Shown: one piece after another, positions 18,321-26,910 of the stretch | Layout: each line of letters begins with the position of its first letter | How positions within the stretch are numbered: position 1 is the stretch's first letter | From: a virus | Reading direction: 5' to 3' (one strand) | Virus genome (UHGV): UHGV-1427736 | DNA: 33,069 bases | Notes under the pieces: model-generated | The model's database searches: none | Told to the model about the DNA's origin: nothing | The model's input: the letters and a program-made list of their open reading frames with translations, nothing else | Made by a program: the position numbers and the translations under genes

Positions 18321-18829
18321 CAGATTTGACTCACGATGCAGCGCGGCTTGTCCTGGATGCGCGCCACTGCCCAGCGCATATCTCGCCACAGCTCATCAAT
18401 GGTGCTGTCAATGCTGTCGGCCTTCTTGTCGCCTTTCGCACTGGCATCCACACCGCGATAACGTTCATAAAGCGACGCGGTCGCCATCGCACACACGGCG
18501 CGCTCGTAGTAAAAAACTTTGATGCTTTCACCGTCGATGTCGTCCGCCGGGACGTCCGCCAGACGCGTAAAACCGGCGGCAATTTTCTGTTCGCGGTACT
18601 CGTACAGCTCCGCATTCGTCTCCGCCATGCCTGACTTGATGGCCTCACGCAGACGGGCGGGGGCGACGGTCTGCTCAAGGCGCATACGTTCCCGGACGCG
18701 CTTCGGGTCGATATCGGGAAAAAAGAACGTGTTTTTAATCACCGGCTCGTCGCCTGCCGGTTGCGGGATGACCACCGTACCCTCACCGGACACGGGAGCC
18801 TCCTTTCGCGGAATAATCAGCGTCATCAT
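18320..18829 (-). CDS. L: Head completion/stabilisation protein gpL
   Basis: Start placed at MMTLIIPRKEAP (ATG at 18829, GAGGT RBS) rather than the ORF-track start at 18889. P2 L position. Confidence 0.8.
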   Translation of the reverse strand: MMTLIIPRKEAPVSGEGTVVIPQPAGDEPVIKNTFFFPDIDPKRVRERMRLEQTVAPARLREAIKSGMAETNAELYEYREQKIAAGFTRLADVPADDIDGESIKVFYYERAVCAMATASLYERYRGVDASAKGDKKADSIDSTIDELWRDMRWAVARIQDKPRCIVSQI

Positions 18830-18928
18830 GACTACCTCTGAAAAGTCGGGCGGTGGACGCCGGTGCAGTGTCAGGTGATTCACCCTCACTGACCGGCGTG
18901 CCGCCCTGGCGCGGGGCGCATTCGGTTG

Positions 18929-19672
18929 TTAACTGGCTTTCTTTTTCGGGCGTCCACGTTTTGCCGGTGTCACGCTCCGGGTCTTACGCGGGGCGCGGGT
19001 GGCCGCTTTGGGCTGCGGCTCCGGCTTCGGTTTCAGCTCCCGCTCCAGTCGTTCAATCTCTTTTTTGACGCCTGCCTGACAGTCGAGCTGTGTCGCACGT
19101 TGCAGGTGAGCCAGCGCACCGGCGGCATCACCACCGTCACGCAGAAACAGACCGGTAATTTTGTGCAGCTTTGCGCGCACTTCATCAGGCATGTCAGCCG
19201 TGGCGGTCAGTTCAAGGGTCTCCGTCAGCAGGCGGGTATCCACAGACTCACCGGCAGCGTGAGCGCGCATGGCCGCAAGCGCTACCTCCTCGGTGAACAT
19301 GTACGGCGGGGTACGGCGGTGTTTACCCGGCATGGTCAGACCGTACTTCAGGGCATAACGGGCAATCTCCAGCGCACCGGCAATATCGCCGGTATCCAGA
19401 CGCCACAGCATGACCGTCATCAGAATGTCATCCTGTGCACCTTTGCCCTGCTCCAGCACGCCGTTTACCCACGGCAACCAGAACGGCAGCAGTTCGCGTT
19501 TTTTCGCGGCCTTCAGCTCTTTTGAATAAATCGCTTTCAGTGTGCGCTGGTCTGCGGCGAGCTTAACCAGCATCTGCTCATAGACAGTTGCATGTCGCAG
19601 CGGGGCGGCTTCCCGCTGCGCGGTCATCGCTGCCGAGACCCGCATCATGTGGCGCTGTGCGGGACTCGTCAT
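18929..19672 (-). CDS. M: Terminase small (endonuclease) subunit gpM
   Basis: 247 aa ORF with basic C-terminus, in the P2 M position. Confidence 0.8.
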   Translation of the reverse strand: MTSPAQRHMMRVSAAMTAQREAAPLRHATVYEQMLVKLAADQRTLKAIYSKELKAAKKRELLPFWLPWVNGVLEQGKGAQDDILMTVMLWRLDTGDIAGALEIARYALKYGLTMPGKHRRTPPYMFTEEVALAAMRAHAAGESVDTRLLTETLELTATADMPDEVRAKLHKITGLFLRDGGDAAGALAHLQRATQLDCQAGVKKEIERLERELKPKPEPQPKAATRAPRKTRSVTPAKRGRPKKKAS

Positions 19673-19675
19673 CGG

Positions 19676-20749
19676 TTACGCTCCAGGCTCTGCGGTCGCT
19701 TTAGCCAGTGTGGAGAAATCACTGACCTTAATTTTTTCCACCAGACAACCGGCGGCGTAGTCTTCCACCACGTAATCAATGTTCATTGACTCGTAGTTCT
19801 CCACGCGGTCGAGTTTCGGGTTTTCCTCAATCACGCGGCGATGGCTGTCATCCATGTAGTAGATGGACAGGTTTTCCAGCTTTGTGATGAGCATCGCATC
19901 CGCCGGGAAGTACGGGACGCGTACCGCCGGCAGGTTACCGATGCGTTTCTGGCTGATGATGACGTCAGCGGCCAGCATTTCGCTGTTGTCCTGCTCCTTG
20001 TTGACGATGGGAAAATACTTGTCCGCCAGTAGCTGACGTCCCACAATCACCACAAGGTCAGGGTCTTCCTGATACCACGGCTCAATCAGGTTGTTGGTCG
20101 CATCCATCACCAGTGCGTCAAGGCTGGCATAATCACCGCCCTTACCCACGCGGATAACCTCAGAGGTGGTGTGCCCTTCCTCGTCAGTGACCTTGCTCAT
20201 CACGCGCGCCGGTGCTTCATTGCGGTATTTCTGCAGCCAGCCGACCGCCACATCCTGTAGCATCGGATTACTGCTGCGGTCAGAGGTTTCGGCACGCCTC
20301 ACGCCGTTAAAACCGGCCATGATTAAATCAAGGGACTGGCGTTTGATAATGGCGTTACGGACACGGAGCTGGAAATCCTGATAACGCGCCCACAGGTCAA
20401 GCGTTTTGTAGCGGATATAAAAATCGAAGTTAATCTGGTCGCATTCGTACTTGTTTGACGCCAGCTTCGAGAAGTCCTTCGGCTGACGCTCGGTGCCACC
20501 GGCGGTGTCGCTGGTGCTGGCGATGGAGCCGGTGACACCAATACCAATTTTTTCCCCTTTCATTTCGCTGACCGGCACAATGTTGATGCGGGTCAGAAAG
20601 TCAGAGGACTCCTGCATGGTGTTCATCAGGGTCTGGGTGACCGACGGTTCAACGGTGAATTTTTTCGACACATCACCGGCGTCGATGCCGTTCAGTTCGG
20701 CAACACGGGACAGGTAGGCATTAAATTTAAAGCGGGTTTCCTGGCGCAT
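19676..20749 (-). CDS. N: Major capsid protein gpN
   Basis: 357 aa ORF in the P2 N position. Confidence 0.9.
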   Translation of the reverse strand: MRQETRFKFNAYLSRVAELNGIDAGDVSKKFTVEPSVTQTLMNTMQESSDFLTRINIVPVSEMKGEKIGIGVTGSIASTSDTAGGTERQPKDFSKLASNKYECDQINFDFYIRYKTLDLWARYQDFQLRVRNAIIKRQSLDLIMAGFNGVRRAETSDRSSNPMLQDVAVGWLQKYRNEAPARVMSKVTDEEGHTTSEVIRVGKGGDYASLDALVMDATNNLIEPWYQEDPDLVVIVGRQLLADKYFPIVNKEQDNSEMLAADVIISQKRIGNLPAVRVPYFPADAMLITKLENLSIYYMDDSHRRVIEENPKLDRVENYESMNIDYVVEDYAAGCLVEKIKVSDFSTLAKATAEPGA

Positions 20750-20807
20750 AGTTTTTCCTGAAATTAAGGGTTAATCGTGAAGGTTTTCCCGGACTGACTG
20801 ACACCGG

Positions 20808-21662
20808 TCAGCAGTTCGTCATCAGGGCGTCACCGCCACCGCCGGTGGCTTTACTGCGGCGCTGCTGGGTCAGACTTTCGGTGTGGTCGAGACTGTTTTT
20901 CAGGCGGGTGAATGCCTGACTGGTTTCATCCGCCCTGTCAGTCACATCCTGCTTAAGTGCGGAAAAGGCGGTTTCCATCTCAGCAAGGCGCTGCTCAGTG
21001 GCGCTCAGTTTTTCCTGCACATGCTCAGCGACAGCGGTCACCGCTTCATGCACGTCATTCAGACGGGCGTCATCGCTGGCCTGTTTGCGGCCAAAAATGG
21101 ATTTCACCTTTTCGGTCAGGGCTGTGAACACGGTTTCAGGCAGGTCTTCAAATTCCAGCTCAACAGGCGTTGCCACTGAAATCAGGTTTTCAGGGCTTAA
21201 TTTGAAGCGGTTCAGGGGGTTGTGTTTTGCCGTGCGGCAGAATTCCAGGTATTCCGTACCGAGGCTTGCCGGGTCATCGGTGACGGCCAGCCCCACCAGA
21301 TAACATTTGCCGGTGTTGGCAAAGTTCGGCTGAATTTCCATTGAGGTGTAGACCTTCTGCGCGGCCTTGTTCATCGCGATAAGGTCATCGGTCGGGGTGA
21401 TTTTCGCAAACAGCGCCCATTTGCCTTTCAGCGCCGAATCGTCATCAATCTTTTCGGCCTTCAGTTCGACCACATCGCCATAACGTTTAAAAATGCCGTC
21501 AGGCAGGATGCCGCGCAGATGTTCCAGGTTAATGCGGCAACCATAGACTCGCGGGTCAAAGGTTTCGGCCATTTCCTGAATATCCTGCGCACTGATGACA
21601 CGCCCGTCACAGGTGTCACCCTCAACGCCGATACGAAAGAATTTTGAGACTTTTTTTGCCAT
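20808..21662 (-). CDS. O: Capsid scaffolding protein gpO
   Basis: Start placed at MAKKVSKFFRIGVEGD (ATG at 21662, 284 aa) rather than the ORF-track start at 21728. P2 O position. Confidence 0.85.
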   Translation of the reverse strand: MAKKVSKFFRIGVEGDTCDGRVISAQDIQEMAETFDPRVYGCRINLEHLRGILPDGIFKRYGDVVELKAEKIDDDSALKGKWALFAKITPTDDLIAMNKAAQKVYTSMEIQPNFANTGKCYLVGLAVTDDPASLGTEYLEFCRTAKHNPLNRFKLSPENLISVATPVELEFEDLPETVFTALTEKVKSIFGRKQASDDARLNDVHEAVTAVAEHVQEKLSATEQRLAEMETAFSALKQDVTDRADETSQAFTRLKNSLDHTESLTQQRRSKATGGGGDALMTNC

Positions 21663-21835
21663 TGTCAGGAGTCCTGAATAGTGATTAGAGGAGTCACATG
21701 TCGGCATCAGTTTCCCGACGATGCGCATCCTCCGCCATCAGTCCCGGATGGCTTATCACTGACACAACAGCACCTTAGCGAATCGCGGGGCGCGACTCAG
21801 TAGCCTTGCCGTGTATTCATCACGGCGAGGTATTC
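21663..21835. promoter_or_regulatory. Divergent promoter region between O and P (expected P2 late promoters)
   Basis: 173-bp intergenic region between divergent O and P starts. Contains the dyad GTCGG-N10-CCGAC at 21700-21719. Late-promoter identity is inferred from P2 genome organisation, not from a matched consensus. Confidence 0.4.
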
Positions 21836-23608
21836 ATGACCATCACCACAGACACCACTCTTTTGCACGACCCGCGTCGTCAGGCGGCGCTGCTGTACTG
21901 GCAGGGGTTTTCCGTGCCGCAGATTGCCGCCATGTTGCAGATGAAACGCCCGACGGTGCAGAGCTGGAAACAGCGCGACGGCTGGGACAGCGTTGCCCCC
22001 ATCAGCCGTGTCGAAATGAGTCTGGAAGCGCGGCTGACCCAGCTCATTATCAAACCGCAGAAAACCGGCGGTGACTTCAAGGAAATTGACCTGCTCGGAC
22101 GCCAGATTGAACGACTGGCACGGGTAAACCGCTACAACCAGACCGGCAACGAGGCAGACCTTAATCCGAACATCGCTAACCGCAACAAAGGCGGGCGACG
22201 CAAACCGAAAAAGAATTTTTTCAGCGACGAGGCTATCGAAAAGCTGGAGCAGATTTTCTTTGAGCAGTCTTTCGAATATCAGTTGCACTGGTATCGCGCC
22301 GGGCTTGAGCACCGCATCCGCGATATCCTGAAATCCCGCCAGATTGGCGCGACGTTTTATTTTTCCCGCGAGGCGCTGCTGCGCGCCCTGAAAACCGGTC
22401 ATAACCAGATTTTTCTGTCGGCCAGTAAAACGCAGGCGTATGTGTTCCGCGAATACATCATCGCCTTTGCCCGGCTGGTTGACGTTGACCTGACCGGTGA
22501 CCCGATTGCCCTGGGCAATAACGGCGCAAAACTGATTTTTCTCGGCACCAACTCCAACACCGCACAGAGCCATAACGGCGACCTGTACGTCGACGAGATT
22601 TTCTGGATCCCGAATTTTCAGGTACTGCGTAAGGTGGCATCAGGTATGGCCTCACAGAGTCACCTGCGCTCGACCTATTTCTCCACCCCGTCCACGCTGG
22701 CGCACGACGCCTACCCGTTCTGGTCGGGGGAACTGTTTAACCGGGGACGCGCCAGCGCCGCTGAACGCGTGGAAATCGACGTCAGTCATAACGCCCTTGC
22801 CGGTGGGCTTCTCTGTGCGGACGGCCAGTGGCGGCAGATTGTCACCATTGAGGACGCGCTGAAAGGCGGCTGCACGCTGTTCGACATTGAGCAGCTCAAA
22901 CGTGAAAACAGCGCCGACGATTTTAAAAACCTGTTCATGTGTGAATTTGTTGACGACAAGGCGTCGGTGTTCCCGTTCGAGGAGCTGCAACGCTGCATGG
23001 TCGACACGCTGGAAGAATGGGAAGACTATGCGCCGTTTGCCGCCAATCCGTTCGGCTCCCGCCCGGTATGGATTGGTTACGACCCGTCACACCGTGGCGA
23101 CAGCGCCGGATGCGTGGTACTGGCACCGCCGGTGGTGGCCGGTGGCAAATTCAGAATACTTGAGCGTCACCAGTGGAAAGGCATGGACTTTGCCACTCAG
23201 GCTGAATCCATCCGCAAACTCACTGAAAAATACAACGTCGAATACATCGGAATTGATGCCACCGGCCTCGGTGTCGGCGTGTTCCAGCTCGTGCGCTCGT
23301 TCTATCCCGCCGCGCGCGATATCCGCTACACACCGGAAATGAAAACCGCAATGGTGCTCAAGGCAAAAGACGTTATCCGTCGTGGCTGTCTGGAATATGA
23401 CGTCAGCGCCACCGACATCACCAGCTCGTTTATGGCTATCCGCAAGACCATGACCAGCAGCGGACGCAGCGCCACCTATGAGGCCAGCCGCAGCGAGGAA
23501 GCCAGCCACGCCGACCTCGCCTGGGCGACCATGCACGCCCTGTTAAATGAGCCACTCACCGCCGGTATCAGCACCTCGCTGACATCCACCATTCTGGAGT
23601 TTTACTGA
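21836..23608 (+). CDS. P: Terminase large (ATPase) subunit gpP
   Basis: Start placed at MTITTDTTLLHDPRRQAALLYWQGFS (ATG at 21836, 590 aa). P2 P position. Confidence 0.9.
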   Translation: MTITTDTTLLHDPRRQAALLYWQGFSVPQIAAMLQMKRPTVQSWKQRDGWDSVAPISRVEMSLEARLTQLIIKPQKTGGDFKEIDLLGRQIERLARVNRYNQTGNEADLNPNIANRNKGGRRKPKKNFFSDEAIEKLEQIFFEQSFEYQLHWYRAGLEHRIRDILKSRQIGATFYFSREALLRALKTGHNQIFLSASKTQAYVFREYIIAFARLVDVDLTGDPIALGNNGAKLIFLGTNSNTAQSHNGDLYVDEIFWIPNFQVLRKVASGMASQSHLRSTYFSTPSTLAHDAYPFWSGELFNRGRASAAERVEIDVSHNALAGGLLCADGQWRQIVTIEDALKGGCTLFDIEQLKRENSADDFKNLFMCEFVDDKASVFPFEELQRCMVDTLEEWEDYAPFAANPFGSRPVWIGYDPSHRGDSAGCVVLAPPVVAGGKFRILERHQWKGMDFATQAESIRKLTEKYNVEYIGIDATGLGVGVFQLVRSFYPAARDIRYTPEMKTAMVLKAKDVIRRGCLEYDVSATDITSSFMAIRKTMTSSGRSATYEASRSEEASHADLAWATMHALLNEPLTAGISTSLTSTILEFY

Positions 23609-24642
23609 TGAGCAAGAAAAAAGGGAAAACACCGCAACCTGCGGCAAAAAAAATGACCGCCAGCGCCCCGAAAATGGAGGCATTCACCTTTGGTGAGCCG
23701 GTGCCGGTACTCGACCGCCGTGACATTCTGGATTACGTCGAGTGCATCAGTAACGGCAGATGGTATGAGCCACCGGTCAGCTTTACCGGTCTGGCAAAAA
23801 GCCTGCGTGCTGCCGTACATCACAGCTCACCGATTTACGTCAAACGTAATATTCTGGCTTCAACGTTTATTCCGCACCCGTGGCTTTCCCAGCAGGATTT
23901 CAGCCGCTTTGTGCTGGATTTTCTGGTGTTCGGTAATGCGTTTCTGGAAAAGCGTTACAGCACCACCGGTAAGGTCATCAGACTGGAAACCTCACCGGCA
24001 AAATATACCCGCCGTGGTGTGGAAGAGGATGTTTACTGGTGGGTGCCGTCCTTCAACGAGCCGACAGCCTTCGCGCCCGGCTCCGTGTTTCACCTGCTGG
24101 AGCCCGATATTAATCAGGAGCTGTACGGCCTGCCGGAATATCTGAGCGCCCTTAACTCTGCCTGGCTGAATGAGTCGGCCACGCTGTTCCGCCGCAAGTA
24201 TTACGAAAACGGCGCACATGCCGGATACATCATGTACGTCACTGATGCCGTGCAGGATCGCAACGATATCGAAATGCTTCGCGAAAACATGGTGAAGTCG
24301 AAAGGCCGCAACAACTTTAAAAACCTGTTTCTCTATGCCCCGCAGGGGAAAGCCGACGGCATTAAAATTATCCCGCTCAGTGAAGTGGCAACGAAGGACG
24401 ATTTTTTTAATATCAAAAAAGCCAGCGCCGCTGACCTGCTGGACGCGCACCGCATCCCCTTTCAGTTGATGGGCGGCAAGCCGGAGAACGTCGGGTCGCT
24501 GGGCGATATTGAGAAAGTGGCAAAGGTCTTTGTCCGCAATGAGCTTATCCCGTTACAGGACAGGATCCGCGAGATAAACGGCTGGCTCGGTCAGGAGGTC
24601 ATCCGCTTTAAAAACTACTCACTGGACACTGACAACGGCTGA
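23608..24642 (+). CDS. Q: Portal protein gpQ
   Basis: 344 aa ORF; ATGA overlap with the P stop, as in P2. Confidence 0.9.
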   Translation: MSKKKGKTPQPAAKKMTASAPKMEAFTFGEPVPVLDRRDILDYVECISNGRWYEPPVSFTGLAKSLRAAVHHSSPIYVKRNILASTFIPHPWLSQQDFSRFVLDFLVFGNAFLEKRYSTTGKVIRLETSPAKYTRRGVEEDVYWWVPSFNEPTAFAPGSVFHLLEPDINQELYGLPEYLSALNSAWLNESATLFRRKYYENGAHAGYIMYVTDAVQDRNDIEMLRENMVKSKGRNNFKNLFLYAPQGKADGIKIIPLSEVATKDDFFNIKKASAADLLDAHRIPFQLMGGKPENVGSLGDIEKVAKVFVRNELIPLQDRIREINGWLGQEVIRFKNYSLDTDNG

Positions 24643-24647
24643 ACATC

Positions 24648-24669
24648 GCCGCCTGCGGGCGGCTTTTTT
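24648..24669 (+). terminator. Rho-independent terminator after Q
   Basis: GCCGCC-tgcg-GGCGGC hairpin followed by TTTTTT, starting 6 nt after the Q stop. Confidence 0.65.
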
Positions 24670-24811
24670 ACACCCCGTCATCACGCCCTCACACGTTCGC
24701 CACTGTACAAAACACCCCGCAGACACACCAACGCCCCGGCAGGCCGACTAAACGCCATCACGACGCGCTCAGACGCTGAAAAAATAAAATCAGCACCACC
24801 GCCAGCGCGCA

Positions 24812-24830
24812 GTGCTTTCCCCGCCTCGCC
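24812..24830. other. P2-type cos site (19-nt cohesive end sequence)
   Basis: gtgctttccccgcctcgcc at 24812-24830 is the reverse complement of the P2 cohesive-end sequence GGCGAGGCGGGGAAAGCAC as I recall it, and sits in the expected position next to Q. Confidence 0.6.
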
Positions 24831-24958
24831 CGCCCGCTTCATGGGTCGGTTTTAATGCAGGTGCACGAACACACTGGAGACGCACCAGTACTGGCGGTGG
24901 TCACGTAGATCCGCCCCTTAAAAGCCATGCAGAATAATGCAACTATTGCGGGCGTCGG

Positions 24959-25378
24959 CTAATCATCTTCTAAAGGTGGAATTTTGATGCCACTAATTAG
25001 CAGTACTTTCCGGTATGCCTCAAAAATAATGTTGTGTGTTTTTTGTAAATCATCGAGCATTTTTTGCCGTCCTGCTGGGGTATCTTTGGCAAAATTATGA
25101 GCGCGAAAAAAATCATGTGCCAAGTAGTTTCTGGCTTTAAGAGCATCTGACACATACTCCAGTGTATCAGCATCCTCCACCATCCTAGACTTCAGTGCGT
25201 AATTCAATTTACCCAGCGTGTATTTATCCATTTCTAAAAACTGTTTTTTCAGCGACTGTATATCTTTCCCCTGACTCATATCATACTCAGTGATAACATT
25301 TATCAACTCAGTCTCCAGTAATTGAGCTGCTTCCGAAGCATAACCAAATTTCCAATAAACCGTATCAAGCGTCACCAT
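24959..25378 (-). CDS. Small hypothetical protein with an Rx4H (HEPN-like) motif; partner of the adjacent HNH nuclease
   Basis: 139 aa, AT-rich, with no P2 counterpart I recognise. Contains ARNYLAHDFF (R-x4-H). GGGGAA RBS 8 nt ahead of the ATG; 91 bp downstream of the HNH gene on the same strand. Confidence 0.5.
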   Translation of the reverse strand: MVTLDTVYWKFGYASEAAQLLETELINVITEYDMSQGKDIQSLKKQFLEMDKYTLGKLNYALKSRMVEDADTLEYVSDALKARNYLAHDFFRAHNFAKDTPAGRQKMLDDLQKTHNIIFEAYRKVLLISGIKIPPLEDD

Positions 25379-25469
25379 ATAATCTATTCCCCATATAACA
25401 AATCACACCCCAAATTAAATCATAATACATAATTAAATCTAACGCCTCGCTGCACCAGAAGAAGTCATG

Positions 25470-26801
25470 TTAACGCTTATCATGGAACTTTTTCCATTTT
25501 GTCATCAACTTTCCAGCATCAAGTTCTACATGATGCGGTTGTAGAGTTTTACCCTCAAACATAGTTTTGTGGATACAATTAATAGAAAAATGAACCGTTA
25601 AGTCCTCTGGATTAATCCCCATTAATCCTTTATCAAACATTCGGTGTAAACTTACTTCAAGTAACAGGCCATTAGATGTGTTATTATTTGCTGATTCTGT
25701 TATTGCTTCAATATGTGCGGCTTCCAATATCCCCTCTGGCAATGGATAGCCAGTAATAGCACATCTGCCATTGAAGTTATCCCAAACACGGCGTTTGAAA
25801 TCAGCTTGATCTCCAGCATGACGGACTTTGTGAGTAACCTCGACTGTTCGTCCTGTAGCACAGGTATCGTTTGCGGCCTTGAAAGGATTAGTTAGACTTT
25901 CATTAATGGCTATATCCGTTCCATCCATGATAAGAGATATTTCATTATTGGGTTCGGATGATGTTAATGGACTTATGTACTGATTGCTTAAAAAAGTCAT
26001 ACTAGATTCTTCATCAGTCGCGAGTTTCCACGCTTCTGATTGTGTCATTGTTAGCAATGCCGTTTGATAAACTTGCTTATTAAAATAACGTTTATCTTTC
26101 TTGTCACTCCCCATATTAATAGTACTAGATTTAATCGGAAGTGTTTTATCACCAATTAGTAGATCACGTATTTCTACAGTCTCTTCTAAGGTATCAATAG
26201 GAGCTACTATAGGGTTAGTCAACGGGTTATCTACATGATCTACGTGGTTGTGTCGTAAATGCCACTCTATAGCACTATCTTTTATATGTATCTCGCAGAC
26301 AGGGCATACAATAAGCCCCATAGATGTTACAGGTAGCTTTTTGCCACCGATTAAGCGTAATGTATTTGCATTCTGGTTATGTACTTTCTTTTGGTTCTGT
26401 GTCAGTACACTACGCTTAGCCTCTAAACGGGTCGGAATCTTAGCAAGATTAAGCGATTTACGGCTCTCTTGTCTCTCAAGATCATAGATCCGAATCCCTG
26501 CTCCAGTTTTGATTTTTGTCCACATAGAGATAGAACTAAGGAATTTATGTCCATGTACTTTTTCATAATCAGCATAAGCTTGCAAAGTAGCAGTGGAACT
26601 ATCTAATCCTTTTTTACGGAGTGCTGTATATTGCTGAAAAAGATTAATAGCATGAGCTGTAATAGAGCGCCTATTCTCTATAATTTGCGTTTTTTTTGCT
26701 GCTTGTTCTGCTTGCAATGCTTTTTGTTCAGGGGTAAGCGACTTCTTTTTGGCTTTCTTGGTTCTTTTCTTACTCAAAGTTTTCTTACTGTTATTGTTCA
26801 T
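25470..26801 (-). CDS. Zinc-finger / HNH (His-Me finger) nuclease with a basic N-terminal tail
   Basis: 443 aa. Lys-rich N-terminus (MNNNSKKTLSKKRTKKAKKKS); C2H2-like CPVCEIHIKDSAIEWHLRHNH; C-terminal HNH motif GRCAITGYPLPEGILEAAHIEAI...NGLLLEVSLHRMFDKGL. AT-rich gene between cos and A. Confidence 0.65.
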   Translation of the reverse strand: MNNNSKKTLSKKRTKKAKKKSLTPEQKALQAEQAAKKTQIIENRRSITAHAINLFQQYTALRKKGLDSSTATLQAYADYEKVHGHKFLSSISMWTKIKTGAGIRIYDLERQESRKSLNLAKIPTRLEAKRSVLTQNQKKVHNQNANTLRLIGGKKLPVTSMGLIVCPVCEIHIKDSAIEWHLRHNHVDHVDNPLTNPIVAPIDTLEETVEIRDLLIGDKTLPIKSSTINMGSDKKDKRYFNKQVYQTALLTMTQSEAWKLATDEESSMTFLSNQYISPLTSSEPNNEISLIMDGTDIAINESLTNPFKAANDTCATGRTVEVTHKVRHAGDQADFKRRVWDNFNGRCAITGYPLPEGILEAAHIEAITESANNNTSNGLLLEVSLHRMFDKGLMGINPEDLTVHFSINCIHKTMFEGKTLQPHHVELDAGKLMTKWKKFHDKR

Positions 26802-26910
26802 TTTGCAAGCCTTTAATCTAATTCATGGAAAGGGGCATTCACTTGCCCTGTATCCAGTAAACTGACATAACACGATATAAGCAAGCTCCGTAATTCTTTC
26901 ATGTTAATCA

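Noticed and set aside
18926-19525. 199-aa plus-strand ORF opposite gpM
   Set aside because: Antisense to the terminase small subunit; Arg/Gly-rich spurious frame.
21797-22573. 258-aa ORF on the minus strand inside the terminase large-subunit gene
   Set aside because: It lies entirely antisense to gpP, whose identity is strongly supported. High-GC phage DNA commonly gives long stop-free antisense frames, and this one has no RBS or recognisable motif.
25713-26816. Short plus-strand ORFs (60-79 aa) inside the HNH nuclease gene
   Set aside because: Antisense to the HNH gene; Cys/Phe/Leu-rich translations typical of AT-rich antisense frames.
26802-26910. Hairpin GGGGCA-ttcact-TGCCCT between A and the HNH gene as a terminator
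   Set aside because: The stem is short and is not followed by a T-run on the minus (transcribed) strand, so read-through from A into the cargo genes seems as likely as termination.
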